Assembly: GCA_049997875.1 (NCBI GenBank)
Contig: JBEKRC010000002.1
Location: 2,755-66,754 of the forward strand
DNA length: 64,000 nucleotides
Origin: Minisyncoccia bacterium
GTDB lineage: Bacteria; Patescibacteriota; Minisyncoccia; UBA6257; 2-01-FULL-56-20
Reading direction: 5' to 3'
Below, piece after piece: positions 18,990-28,166 of the stretch (its first letter is position 1; every line of letters starts with the position of its first letter). The position numbers were made by a program, and so were the translations under genes. Below the pieces are notes generated by a model. It made no database searches. It was not told where the DNA came from and saw only the letters and a program-made list of their open reading frames with translations.

Positions 18990-20012
18990 TCACAGAACGA
19001 ATCCTCCCGTGAGCTGATGGTTGAGAATGATGCAGATTCCGGCAAGGGCGATAACCATAACGCCTCCCAGGATCAGATCGGGATGTTGAGTCCGTATCTT
19101 GATAAAAATGTTAAGCGCGAGCGCCAGGACGAAAATGCCCATAAGAGCAAGATAGAGATAATTCACCGTCTGACGGGGATTCGCGAAGGCCTGCTGAACC
19201 GGATTGCTTTCCTCGGCTGGTTTCGGAGCTGCCGCGTTTGCCCCGGACGATGTTTGCGCCGCGGGAGCGACGGCCGCGGGAGCCGTTCCCGTCTCTGAGC
19301 CTTTTATCGCAACGAACGTTTGATTTGTATTCGCTGACATTGCCGTTTCCGACGCGATGACAACCGGTGCCGTTGGGGACGGCACCGGATACGCTGTGGC
19401 ATTCGGCGGCGCTTGAGCGGACGCCACGGCAATCGGCGCGGCGGCAGGGGTTCCAAAAAGCTCTACGACGTATATCGCCGGATTGCCGTCAAGCTCTCCC
19501 TGCGCGGTCGCCATGCCGATTTGAGTGAAATTGCCGTTCAGGATGTTCGCGCGGTGCTCCGGCGAGTTCATCCACGCGTTCGTCACGTCCTCAGAATCCG
19601 AAAAATTGATGGCGAGGTTCTCACCGGCATAGCTGAAATTGTAGCCGACGTTCGCGAACCAATACCACGGCGTTTTGCCGGCGGGACTCGTGTGGGCGAA
19701 GTAATCATTGGCAACCATGTCATTCGCTTTTTCCTGCGCCGCCGCCTGGAGAAGGGGACTCACCTGCAATGCCGGGAGATCATCCGCCGTCCTTTGGCTG
19801 TTCGTCTCGTCCGCCAAGGCGCTTACGAGGATGATGCCGAAAAGGCTGGAGCGCGGCGCGATGAAGGACGTTCCTAAGATGAACGCCAATTCGCCGACGA
19901 GCGCCACAAGGCATGCGAACGCGATGATTTTCCGGCGGAGGATGTGCGGACGGTGATCGTTCCCCTCGTGCGGAATGAAGTGTTTTTTTAACGTTCGCAC
20001 TAATCTATTCAT
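18990..20012 (-). CDS. CAP (SCP) domain membrane protein
   Basis: AAQEKANDM, YFAHTSP, YAGENLA, AWMNSPEHRANIL; N- and C-terminal TMs. Confidence 0.9.
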   Translation of the reverse strand: MNRLVRTLKKHFIPHEGNDHRPHILRRKIIAFACLVALVGELAFILGTSFIAPRSSLFGIILVSALADETNSQRTADDLPALQVSPLLQAAAQEKANDMVANDYFAHTSPAGKTPWYWFANVGYNFSYAGENLAINFSDSEDVTNAWMNSPEHRANILNGNFTQIGMATAQGELDGNPAIYVVELFGTPAAAPIAVASAQAPPNATAYPVPSPTAPVVIASETAMSANTNQTFVAIKGSETGTAPAAVAPAAQTSSGANAAAPKPAEESNPVQQAFANPRQTVNYLYLALMGIFVLALALNIFIKIRTQHPDLILGGVMVIALAGICIILNHQLTGGFVL

Positions 20013-20128
20013 GTTTTTATTATACTATACGGATGTCCGTCTGTCCATCGATCGCTCGCCGGCCCCCCCCCAACTTGATATTAGCCAGGCTTCCCTCTAC
20101 AATACTTCATATAAAATATAATCAAATC

Positions 20129-20965
20129 ATGAATAAAAAAGTTGTGGGCGTAGTGGGTTACGGATATGTCGGTAAGGCAGTTTCAAATTTCTTCAAAAAT
20201 CATTACGAAGTGCGGGCATACGATCCATTGGCAAAATCAGCCGACGATCCGTTGATCTCGTTTTCTAATGAAAAAAAGATCCTTGATGGTTGCGACCTGA
20301 TTGTAATTTGCGTACCCACTCCGATGAGAGAGGATGGGACATGCGATACGTCAATGGTTGAAGATTCAATCGCAAGCTTTAATGCTCCATTATTCCTCAT
20401 TAAGAGCACGATCGCCCCGGGCACTACCAAGCGTCTTATTGACTCCAATCCGGATAAAGGCATTGCGTTCAGTCCCGAATACCTCGGCGAGGGAAACTAT
20501 GCGGTTCCTTTTTGGAAAGGATACCCGGATCCCACCGATATGAAGAAGCATACCTTTGTGATTCTCGGTGGCAAGAAAGAGGCCACGCACAAGATCCTTC
20601 AGTTCTTTAAAAGGGTCACAGGGGCAGAAGTGCGTTATTTTCAAACCGACAGCACCACGGCTGAATTGTGCAAATATATGGAAAATGCATTTCTCGCAAC
20701 CAAGGTAACTTTCTGCAATGAGTTCTACGATATCGCCGGCGCATTCGGCGTTGACTACGACGAGCTTCGCGAATTATGGCTTTTGGACGAGAGGATAGGC
20801 AGATCGCACAGTACGGTGTTTGAAAATTCCCGAGGATTCAGCGGAAAGTGCCTCCCCAAAGATGTCAGCGCGATCTTTGAAAGCGCCCTCAAAAAAAACT
20901 ATACTCCGGAATTACTCAAGGCCGTTCTCAAGATCAACAAGAAGCATCAAAACAAAAATTCCTAA
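20129..20965 (+). CDS. UDP-glucose/GDP-mannose dehydrogenase family protein lacking the C-terminal domain
   Basis: GVVGYGYVG, ICVPTP, IKSTIAPGTT, SPEYL, AELCKYMENAFLATKVTFCNE, GFSGKCLPKD; only 278 aa. Confidence 0.85.
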   Translation: MNKKVVGVVGYGYVGKAVSNFFKNHYEVRAYDPLAKSADDPLISFSNEKKILDGCDLIVICVPTPMREDGTCDTSMVEDSIASFNAPLFLIKSTIAPGTTKRLIDSNPDKGIAFSPEYLGEGNYAVPFWKGYPDPTDMKKHTFVILGGKKEATHKILQFFKRVTGAEVRYFQTDSTTAELCKYMENAFLATKVTFCNEFYDIAGAFGVDYDELRELWLLDERIGRSHSTVFENSRGFSGKCLPKDVSAIFESALKKNYTPELLKAVLKINKKHQNKNS

Positions 20966-20968
20966 CAC

Positions 20969-22075
20969 ATGCCCGCTTTTTTCAAAACGCATATAACCCA
21001 TATCATGCTTGTCGTGGCAGGGATGCTTGTCGGCGCCGTGCTGGTCGCGGGGTTTGTATGGCATCAGCACCCGAAGCCGGAGATCTCTCCGCAGTCCACG
21101 TCTACGGCTGGCGCAGTGGCGACTTCAACTGCGACGACGACCGGGCAAGTGACGAACACCGCAACGGCCGCGAAGACAATAAATATCACCGTCAACGCCA
21201 CGGGCAAGATCGGAAGCGTGAAAGTGTCAACCGGGAAAACGGTATCCGCGGGCGAAGTCCTCTTTACTGTGGATCGCACCGATCTTAATTCGGATCTCGC
21301 AACCGCGAAACAAACCCTTGCAAGCGCACAGGCGAAGCTCGTATCGCTTGAGAAAACCGCTTCCTCAACCGCATCCACAACAAGTTTGAGCGACCAGAAC
21401 GCCCTAAGCGAAGCGCAGAATGCCGTCCGCACCGCGGCACGCAATGCCTACATTGCTGCAAATAATGCGGTAAATAACACGGCTTCAGAACTCATATCGT
21501 CTTCAGGGCTTGATTTTCCCATCCCCGATTCGCAGCTTGCCATCAATCTCGCTTCGCAAATGGCTACGATACAGGGTTTTTTACCGGCATGGGAAAACCA
21601 AGTAATGGCTTCTTCGTTCAATACCGCGACGAATACTCTTGCCATTGCGGCACAAGCTATGTCCAACCTCCAAATAATCACTCCATTTTTGAGTGATCTG
21701 TTTGGCGCGCTCGCGCAGGCAGTCAATCTCTCCTCCTCCGCCATGGCATCGGACAAAACGATGGTCAGTGCCGCGCAGCTCCAGGTAAGCAACGCATTGT
21801 CTGCGGTAACCGCTGCAGAGACAAGCGAGAAAAATGCGAGGGCCGTTATTGCCGCCGATGCAAAACAGCAGCAGTCGGCGCAAAACACTTCTACAACGAG
21901 CGCCATTGCGGCCGAGCAGGCAGCCGTCGCCTCCGCACAGTCCCAAGTGAATTTGATACAGGCCAGCACAACAGAGAGCGTGCAAGCGCCGGTCGGGGGT
22001 ACCGTAGTCAAGATTTCCGTGAAGGTGGGCAGCACGGTCAATCCGCAGACCATCCTCGCCGTCATATCAACATAA
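20969..22075 (+). CDS. Truncated membrane-fusion-like protein (TM, lipoyl halves, long helical hairpin)
   Basis: GKIGSVKVSTGKTVSAGEVLFTVD and APVGGTVVKISVKVGSTV flank Ala-rich helices. Confidence 0.75.
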   Translation: MPAFFKTHITHIMLVVAGMLVGAVLVAGFVWHQHPKPEISPQSTSTAGAVATSTATTTGQVTNTATAAKTINITVNATGKIGSVKVSTGKTVSAGEVLFTVDRTDLNSDLATAKQTLASAQAKLVSLEKTASSTASTTSLSDQNALSEAQNAVRTAARNAYIAANNAVNNTASELISSSGLDFPIPDSQLAINLASQMATIQGFLPAWENQVMASSFNTATNTLAIAAQAMSNLQIITPFLSDLFGALAQAVNLSSSAMASDKTMVSAAQLQVSNALSAVTAAETSEKNARAVIAADAKQQQSAQNTSTTSAIAAEQAAVASAQSQVNLIQASTTESVQAPVGGTVVKISVKVGSTVNPQTILAVIST

Positions 22076-22084
22076 AGCTTTATC

Positions 22085-23023
22085 ATGGATAAAACACTCT
22101 CAATTATCGTTCCCGTCCATAACGAACAGGACGCACTTGTGACGCTCCATGAGGAGATTCAAGCTGCGGTAATTCAGCTGAAGCGCCCATATGAAATAAT
22201 TTATGTTAACGACGGCAGCACCGACCAATCGCTCGCCGTATTAAAGAATCTTAAAGGGGCGACAATAATTGATCTCAATCGCCGTTACGGCCAAGCCACG
22301 GCTCTTGATGCCGGGTTCAAGGCCGCAGAGGGAGATATAATAATTTCACTTGATGGCGATGGGCAGAACGACCCGAAGGAAATCCCATTGCTTCTTGCCG
22401 AGCTTGCCAGGGGCAGTTACGATGTGGTCGCCGGTTGGCGCAAATCGCGCAAGGACAGAAGCTCTATCCGTATTTTGACCCGCATCGGCCGCTGGTTCCG
22501 CAAGCTATTCATCGGGCATATTGTCCACGACTCCGGTTGCACGTTTCGTGTCTACACTCGAAAAGCGGCGAAATCGCTTGATATTCAGGGCGAGATGCAT
22601 CGCTACATCGTAACGCTTCTGAGGTGGAAGGGATATCGCATCGGAGAAGTTGTCGTTACCGATCGTCCGCGTGCCAGCGGTACCAGCAAGTATGGCGCTT
22701 CCAAGGCCTTGCGCGGATTTATCGACCTTGTCTACATTTGGTTCATCTATAAGTATTCTCAGCGGCCGTTACATCTCTTCGGTTACTTGAGCTTCGGCGC
22801 GTTTCTGATCGGTTTCTTATCGCTTCTTTGGACCTTATATGGCAAGCTCGTTTTTGGCTTAAGCCTCAATCGCAACGGATGGTTCTTTATAAGCTTCTTT
22901 TTCTTACTGGCGGGCATCCTTCTTTTTAGCTTCGGCATCATCATAGACCTCCTTATTCGCATTCAACTTACTACCTCGCCGCATGAGAAGCGCTACTACG
23001 TGCGGGAGGTAGTTAAAACATGA
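22085..23023 (+). CDS. GT2 glycosyltransferase (polyprenol-phosphate, ArnC/GtrB-like) with two C-terminal TMs
   Basis: SIIVPVHNE, VNDGSTD, YGQATALDAG, LDGDGQNDP, HDSGC, GEMHRY, SKYG. Confidence 0.92.
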   Translation: MDKTLSIIVPVHNEQDALVTLHEEIQAAVIQLKRPYEIIYVNDGSTDQSLAVLKNLKGATIIDLNRRYGQATALDAGFKAAEGDIIISLDGDGQNDPKEIPLLLAELARGSYDVVAGWRKSRKDRSSIRILTRIGRWFRKLFIGHIVHDSGCTFRVYTRKAAKSLDIQGEMHRYIVTLLRWKGYRIGEVVVTDRPRASGTSKYGASKALRGFIDLVYIWFIYKYSQRPLHLFGYLSFGAFLIGFLSLLWTLYGKLVFGLSLNRNGWFFISFFFLLAGILLFSFGIIIDLLIRIQLTTSPHEKRYYVREVVKT

Positions 23024-23595
23024 TTGAGAAAATAAAAGAAGATATAACAAATCGAATCTCTTTAATTCAGAGAGGCGATTTTAATATTGACGATGTTCGG
23101 CTGCTATTTATTGATTTAAGAGCCAGTATCGATTCTTTAGAAAAAAATGTAAAATCACCCATAAAGGACTCGCAAATTTATGACATTTTTGATTTTGTCG
23201 CACATCCAAACAGCAGAGAAAAAGGCAAGACCTTCAAGGTGTCGGAGACGGTTGTGGAACAATTTGTAACAAGCATTACGCAGGGAGGTTCGGTAAATAT
23301 CCAGCTTTTAGACTTGAGAATCACGGAGAGCCTCAAATCCATTTTAGAGATGCTTGATATACCTTACAACCAAGGATTGCTCGAGAAGCAAGAAATCGAT
23401 TTACTATCCTACGTTTATCATCTGATAGATGGGGTCGTGCTTAATATCAAGAACAATTATATCGAATCGGCCCAGATAGTCTACGGTCCTGCGGATAACC
23501 ATACCTACATCGAATTTAAAGTGAAGCCATTCAACAACAAAATCGGTGAACAAACCATTTCCGGTAGTCCAACAATGCGTTTCAGGTTACTTTAA
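23020..23595 (+). CDS. Hypothetical protein (orphan, AT-rich)
   Basis: 191-aa ORF, ATGA overlap with GT2; no family recognised. Confidence 0.65.
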   Translation: MIEKIKEDITNRISLIQRGDFNIDDVRLLFIDLRASIDSLEKNVKSPIKDSQIYDIFDFVAHPNSREKGKTFKVSETVVEQFVTSITQGGSVNIQLLDLRITESLKSILEMLDIPYNQGLLEKQEIDLLSYVYHLIDGVVLNIKNNYIESAQIVYGPADNHTYIEFKVKPFNNKIGEQTISGSPTMRFRLL

Positions 23596-23599
23596 TTTT

Positions 23600-24712
23600 A
23601 TGAAGCGGATTCTGGTTCTCAACTACGAATTTCCGCCACTCGGCGGGGGAGCGAGCCCGGTATCGTACGAACTTGCAAAACGTCTCTCGGAAACGGGAGA
23701 TTTTGATATTGATGTCGTGACGATGCGTTATAAAGGGCTGCCCGCATATGAAGAGGTAAATCCGCATATGCGGGTTCATCGCGTGAGATGTTGGCGAAGC
23801 AAAAAAGAAATCTGTCATCCATGGGAACAGGCGACTTATCTTGTTTCAGGCTACTTCAAGTGCAGAGAGTTATTGAGGAAAAATACCTACGACATCTGCC
23901 ACTGCCATTTTATTATCCCGACAGGCGTTCTCGCGTTCCGACTGAAGCAGAAATTCGGCTTGGAGTATGTCATTACCGCGCATGGAAGCGACGTGCCGGG
24001 CTTTAATACCGATAGGTTCAAGTTCCTGCATACGCTTACCGGACCGCCTTTGCGCAAAATTGCGCGTAATGCAAAGACAATCATCTCACCGTCCAATTAT
24101 CTCAAAGGGTTGATAGCGAAGAGCATAGATAAAGACCTTGCCGGTAAAATAATCGTTATTCCTAACGGCATTGATACGGAAAAATTCAAGCCACAAGAGA
24201 AAAAGAATTATATCTTCTCATCGGGCAGGCTCTTACGGCGCAAAGGCTTCCAGTACCTTATTAAAGCTGTCTCTGATGAGAATTTAGGTTGGGAAGTGCA
24301 TATAGCTGGGGATGGACCTATGATGGGGGAGTTAAAGAAATTAGCTGAAAAATCGAAGACGAAGATAGTTTTTCATGGGTGGATAGATAACACCACTGAA
24401 GAATATAAGGATTTACTTGAACAATCAGCTATTTTCGTCCTCGCGTCAAACAAAGAAAGTTTCGGAATGGTAATCGCCGAAGCAATGAGTGCTGGGTGCA
24501 TGGTTATTACGGCTGATGCCGCTGGTTCTTCTGAAACAGTTGGCGAGAGTGGTATTCTTTTTGTATCTCATAGTATCAATGGATTAAAAACTGCCCTCAT
24601 GGTTATCAATGAGCCGTCTAAAATAGAACTTTGGGGCAACTCTGCACGAAAAAGAGCTGTAAAAGTATATGCGTACAATCGAATTATGAATGAATATATT
24701 CATACGCTGTAA
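23600..24712 (+). CDS. GT4 glycosyltransferase
   Basis: LNYEFPPLGGG, TAHGSDVPG, IPNGID, GRLLRRKG, ESFGMVIAEAMSAG. Confidence 0.92.
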   Translation: MKRILVLNYEFPPLGGGASPVSYELAKRLSETGDFDIDVVTMRYKGLPAYEEVNPHMRVHRVRCWRSKKEICHPWEQATYLVSGYFKCRELLRKNTYDICHCHFIIPTGVLAFRLKQKFGLEYVITAHGSDVPGFNTDRFKFLHTLTGPPLRKIARNAKTIISPSNYLKGLIAKSIDKDLAGKIIVIPNGIDTEKFKPQEKKNYIFSSGRLLRRKGFQYLIKAVSDENLGWEVHIAGDGPMMGELKKLAEKSKTKIVFHGWIDNTTEEYKDLLEQSAIFVLASNKESFGMVIAEAMSAGCMVITADAAGSSETVGESGILFVSHSINGLKTALMVINEPSKIELWGNSARKRAVKVYAYNRIMNEYIHTL

Positions 24713-24727
24713 ACATTTGTAGTTAAA

Positions 24728-25750
24728 ATGAAAACAATTCTCCATATAACTAAGGGCAAATACGGAGGTCTCGATTTTATCTCCAAAGATATTTTTGAGT
24801 ATTTAAAACTTCATTTTGAACAAAAGATTTTTTATTTTTACGACGATGGGGATCATATATATAAAGATTTTCAGAAAGAAAAAATCTCAATTGTAGAGTA
24901 TAAAGAGGAAGTGATGTTTGCCAATTTCATAAATCGTTTCAAAGATTTTTATGATGCCGATGTGATACATGTTCATCATACCAAATTTTGGATTTTATTC
25001 TCGCCATTAATTTTCTTCTCGAAGAAAGTTATTTTTTCCTTCCATATGAGTTTCGGTTCAGGAGTTAAAAAAAATGTATTAGAAAAATTTACAATTAGAC
25101 TTATTGTATCCTACTGTACTCTATTTTCCTCTAAATTAATATTTCTAACGGATGGGCAAAAACGAGAGATACTCAAGCACTCTTTTTTTGGTAGACTACT
25201 TGAAAAAAAATCAATTGTAATTCCAAATTTTATTAAACCAGAACATATCTTAAACTTTAAGCATGCCAGCGATTTTACTGTTTTATATGTCGGAAGATAC
25301 ACATTCACCAAAGGTTTTGAAGATTTTCTGAGTTTAGTTAAAAAGACGCCTGAAGTTAATTTTCTTTGTTTAGGAGATTCAGATTTTAAGCCTCACCTGC
25401 CGAACCTTACTAACTATGGAATAGTAGAACATTCAACCATTAATACATATTACGATAAGGCGACCATATTTTTTCTACCCTCTTATACAGAGGCCTTCCC
25501 CCTAACTATTTTGGAAGCGATGGCAAGAGGATTGGTAGTTGTAATATCAGATTTACCGGGAATGAAGGATATTGTAAAAGAAAGGAACGGTTATCTGTTC
25601 GAGACCGGTGATGTTTTAAAAATGAAAGAAATTTTAATGTTTTTAAAAAAGAATCCAACAATGATAAAGAAAATTAGTGAAAATAACTTAAATGATGTAT
25701 CAAAATTTTCTTCAGATTTAATTCTTAAAAGGTATTTGCATGTATACTAA
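24728..25750 (+). CDS. GT4 glycosyltransferase
   Basis: IPNF, YVGRYTFTKG, LPSYTEAFPLTILEAMARG. Confidence 0.9.
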   Translation: MKTILHITKGKYGGLDFISKDIFEYLKLHFEQKIFYFYDDGDHIYKDFQKEKISIVEYKEEVMFANFINRFKDFYDADVIHVHHTKFWILFSPLIFFSKKVIFSFHMSFGSGVKKNVLEKFTIRLIVSYCTLFSSKLIFLTDGQKREILKHSFFGRLLEKKSIVIPNFIKPEHILNFKHASDFTVLYVGRYTFTKGFEDFLSLVKKTPEVNFLCLGDSDFKPHLPNLTNYGIVEHSTINTYYDKATIFFLPSYTEAFPLTILEAMARGLVVVISDLPGMKDIVKERNGYLFETGDVLKMKEILMFLKKNPTMIKKISENNLNDVSKFSSDLILKRYLHVY

Positions 25751-26906
25751 TAACTCAAATAAAAAGAAAATCCTTTTTGTCATAAAAACTTTAGAGTTTG
25801 GCGGTGGAGCAGAAAAAGTTCTTATGACAGTGGCTGATAAACTCAGTACCTATCATGATACTTCTATTTTGACATTTCGTGAGACTAATAGGGAATATTC
25901 TACCCAAGTATCAAGACTCAACCTCGGAGAGAAGAATACATCACGCAATTTTTTAGTTAATTTTTTGAAATGTTTTAGTCGAGCAAGAAAGATCAAGAAT
26001 ATATCACAGGATAATAAAATCGATATAGTTATTGCCGCAATGAAAGAGGCAAACTTCCCTTCGCTCCTAAGTAGCCTCATTTTCTTTAATAGAGCACGAA
26101 TTGTTATATGGATTCACAATGATCCCCAAATAGAATATGGTTTTTTTAGCAAGTTAGTTGCTAAAATACTTTATCCATTTGCATCGAACATGGTTTTCCT
26201 TACTAAGGAATCAAGCTTGTTTTTTAAAAATGATTTAAAGACCATAATTATTCCAAATCCGATTCCAATTGATGAAATAAAACGCTTGACAAGTGAACAG
26301 ATAGACAATCCATTCGAAAAGGCTATCCTAGAATCTGGAAATATATTAATGAATGTAGGCCGATTAGTGCCTCAAAAAAATCACTTGCTTTTGCTAGAAA
26401 TCTTTCATAAAGTTTCTGAATTAGATCCTAATACGAAACTTATTATTCTTGGACAAGGACCTTTGAAGAAAGATATTGAAAAGAAGATTAAGCAATTAAA
26501 CTTAGAAGACAGAGTGTTTTTATTTGGTCTAAAGAATAATATTTTTAAATATTTAATCCACGCAAAATTATTTATTTTGACTTCAAGCTTTGAAGGGTTT
26601 TCTAATGTAATACTTGAAGCAATGGCATTAGGGATACCTGTTATCAGTAACGATTGTTCCGCTGGACCTTCAGAAATTTTAGGCAATACAGCAAAACACT
26701 TACACACCGAAGATAAATTTCTTTTAGATCAATTTGGAATTCGAATCCCTAGTGATAATTTTCAAGAATTTGTGAAGGCAATTATTTTCATGCTCACACA
26801 CGCTGATATCATGAAGAAGTATGAGGATCTTTCTCGAACACGAGCCAAAGATTTTGACATTGAGAAAATAATTCCGCAATGGAGAGCCCTCATTGATTTA
26901 ATATAG
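25740..26906 (+). CDS. GT4 glycosyltransferase (PglJ-like)
   Basis: GGGAEKV, IPNPI, VGRLVPQKNH, SSFEGFSNVILEAMALGIPVISNDCSAGPSEI. Confidence 0.92.
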   Translation: MYTNNSNKKKILFVIKTLEFGGGAEKVLMTVADKLSTYHDTSILTFRETNREYSTQVSRLNLGEKNTSRNFLVNFLKCFSRARKIKNISQDNKIDIVIAAMKEANFPSLLSSLIFFNRARIVIWIHNDPQIEYGFFSKLVAKILYPFASNMVFLTKESSLFFKNDLKTIIIPNPIPIDEIKRLTSEQIDNPFEKAILESGNILMNVGRLVPQKNHLLLLEIFHKVSELDPNTKLIILGQGPLKKDIEKKIKQLNLEDRVFLFGLKNNIFKYLIHAKLFILTSSFEGFSNVILEAMALGIPVISNDCSAGPSEILGNTAKHLHTEDKFLLDQFGIRIPSDNFQEFVKAIIFMLTHADIMKKYEDLSRTRAKDFDIEKIIPQWRALIDLI

Positions 26907-28158
26907 GTCTGATTTTTCTTCTGAAATACCACTCATATACTATCAATACCGATACATAACCAATTACAGTTGCTATTGCGGCACCATACATCCCAATGTG
27001 CGGAACTAGAAGAAAATCAAGTCCTAAATTCAATACTATTTGCATTATAAGAACAATCTGAGTAAATTGATATTTCTTGAGGGCATTAAAAATTGCAATG
27101 TAAAAGACAGTATAAGTGGCAAATATGCTTGCAATTAATAAAATGTCCAAAATTTGTGGCGCTTGCAAATAACCGTTCTTATAAAATAGCGGAATTAGTT
27201 TGTTTAAAACGATCATAGATAAACCTATAAGCAGAAGAGAAATGAAAAACAAAGTAGGCCGTTTCTTATTAAGATATTTCGAAATGTTTTCGGGATTATT
27301 TATATTTGCGCTGATATGCGTCAAAAAATAAGAATAGATGATATAGGTAGCGGTTATGGTTCCTTTAAAAATTTGATAAGCAAGATTATAGGTTGCGATG
27401 TCGCTGAAAGATGAATATATTCTCAGCGCTAGATTGTCTCCCCAGTTAACAAAAAAAGCTGCTGAGAGGCCAAAAACTTGCCATTTAGTAAAATGATAAA
27501 AAAGGAGAGTGATCTCTTTCTCAAAATGGAGAGGTAAAATCGAACGTCTATCAATGATGAAGAAATATACAACTAACAATAAGAGCGCAGAGAGCATGTA
27601 ACTTATAAAAACAGTTTCAATGTCAAGTACGTGTAATATATATAATCCAAATAAAATTAATATATTAAAAAGATTGAAGATTAATTCAAATAAAGCACTT
27701 GTCTTTTTTTTGTTTATTGCCAAAAAATAAGTAACAATATTTGTTTTTAAGGATAAACCAACAAATGCTAAGAATATATAGATTAAGTTATTTACTCTAA
27801 TTCCAATAAATTCAGCTAATTGATTTTTAAATAGAAAAGATAAGATTGAGAAAATTATTAATGAGCCGATAAAAAAGATTAATTGTGCCGAAAAAGTTTT
27901 GTTAATCTTTCCAGAAGCGAGACGTTCCTCATTCGAATAAATAATAAATGGAGCTTGTGTCGGACTTATCAATAAGGCAATAAAAAATAGGTTTACCATA
28001 AGCGCTAGCGAAAATGATGCAAATTCCCTAGGATCAATAAGCTTCGCTATCAAAAGTGGTAGCAGCAGACCCATTCCTTGTCCGATAACACTTATTAGTG
28101 CAAAGTGAAAAAAATCTCTCAATTCTATTACTTTTTTGAGAGCAAAATTATTTATCAT
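26890..28158 (-). CDS. Wzx-type oligosaccharide flippase (MOP family)
   Basis: About 12 TMs; NLGLDFLLVPHIGMYGAAIATVIGY C-terminal motif. Confidence 0.85.
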   Translation of the reverse strand: MINNFALKKVIELRDFFHFALISVIGQGMGLLLPLLIAKLIDPREFASFSLALMVNLFFIALLISPTQAPFIIYSNEERLASGKINKTFSAQLIFFIGSLIIFSILSFLFKNQLAEFIGIRVNNLIYIFLAFVGLSLKTNIVTYFLAINKKKTSALFELIFNLFNILILFGLYILHVLDIETVFISYMLSALLLLVVYFFIIDRRSILPLHFEKEITLLFYHFTKWQVFGLSAAFFVNWGDNLALRIYSSFSDIATYNLAYQIFKGTITATYIIYSYFLTHISANINNPENISKYLNKKRPTLFFISLLLIGLSMIVLNKLIPLFYKNGYLQAPQILDILLIASIFATYTVFYIAIFNALKKYQFTQIVLIMQIVLNLGLDFLLVPHIGMYGAAIATVIGYVSVLIVYEWYFRRKIRPILNQ

Positions 28159-28166
28159 ATTTTTTA

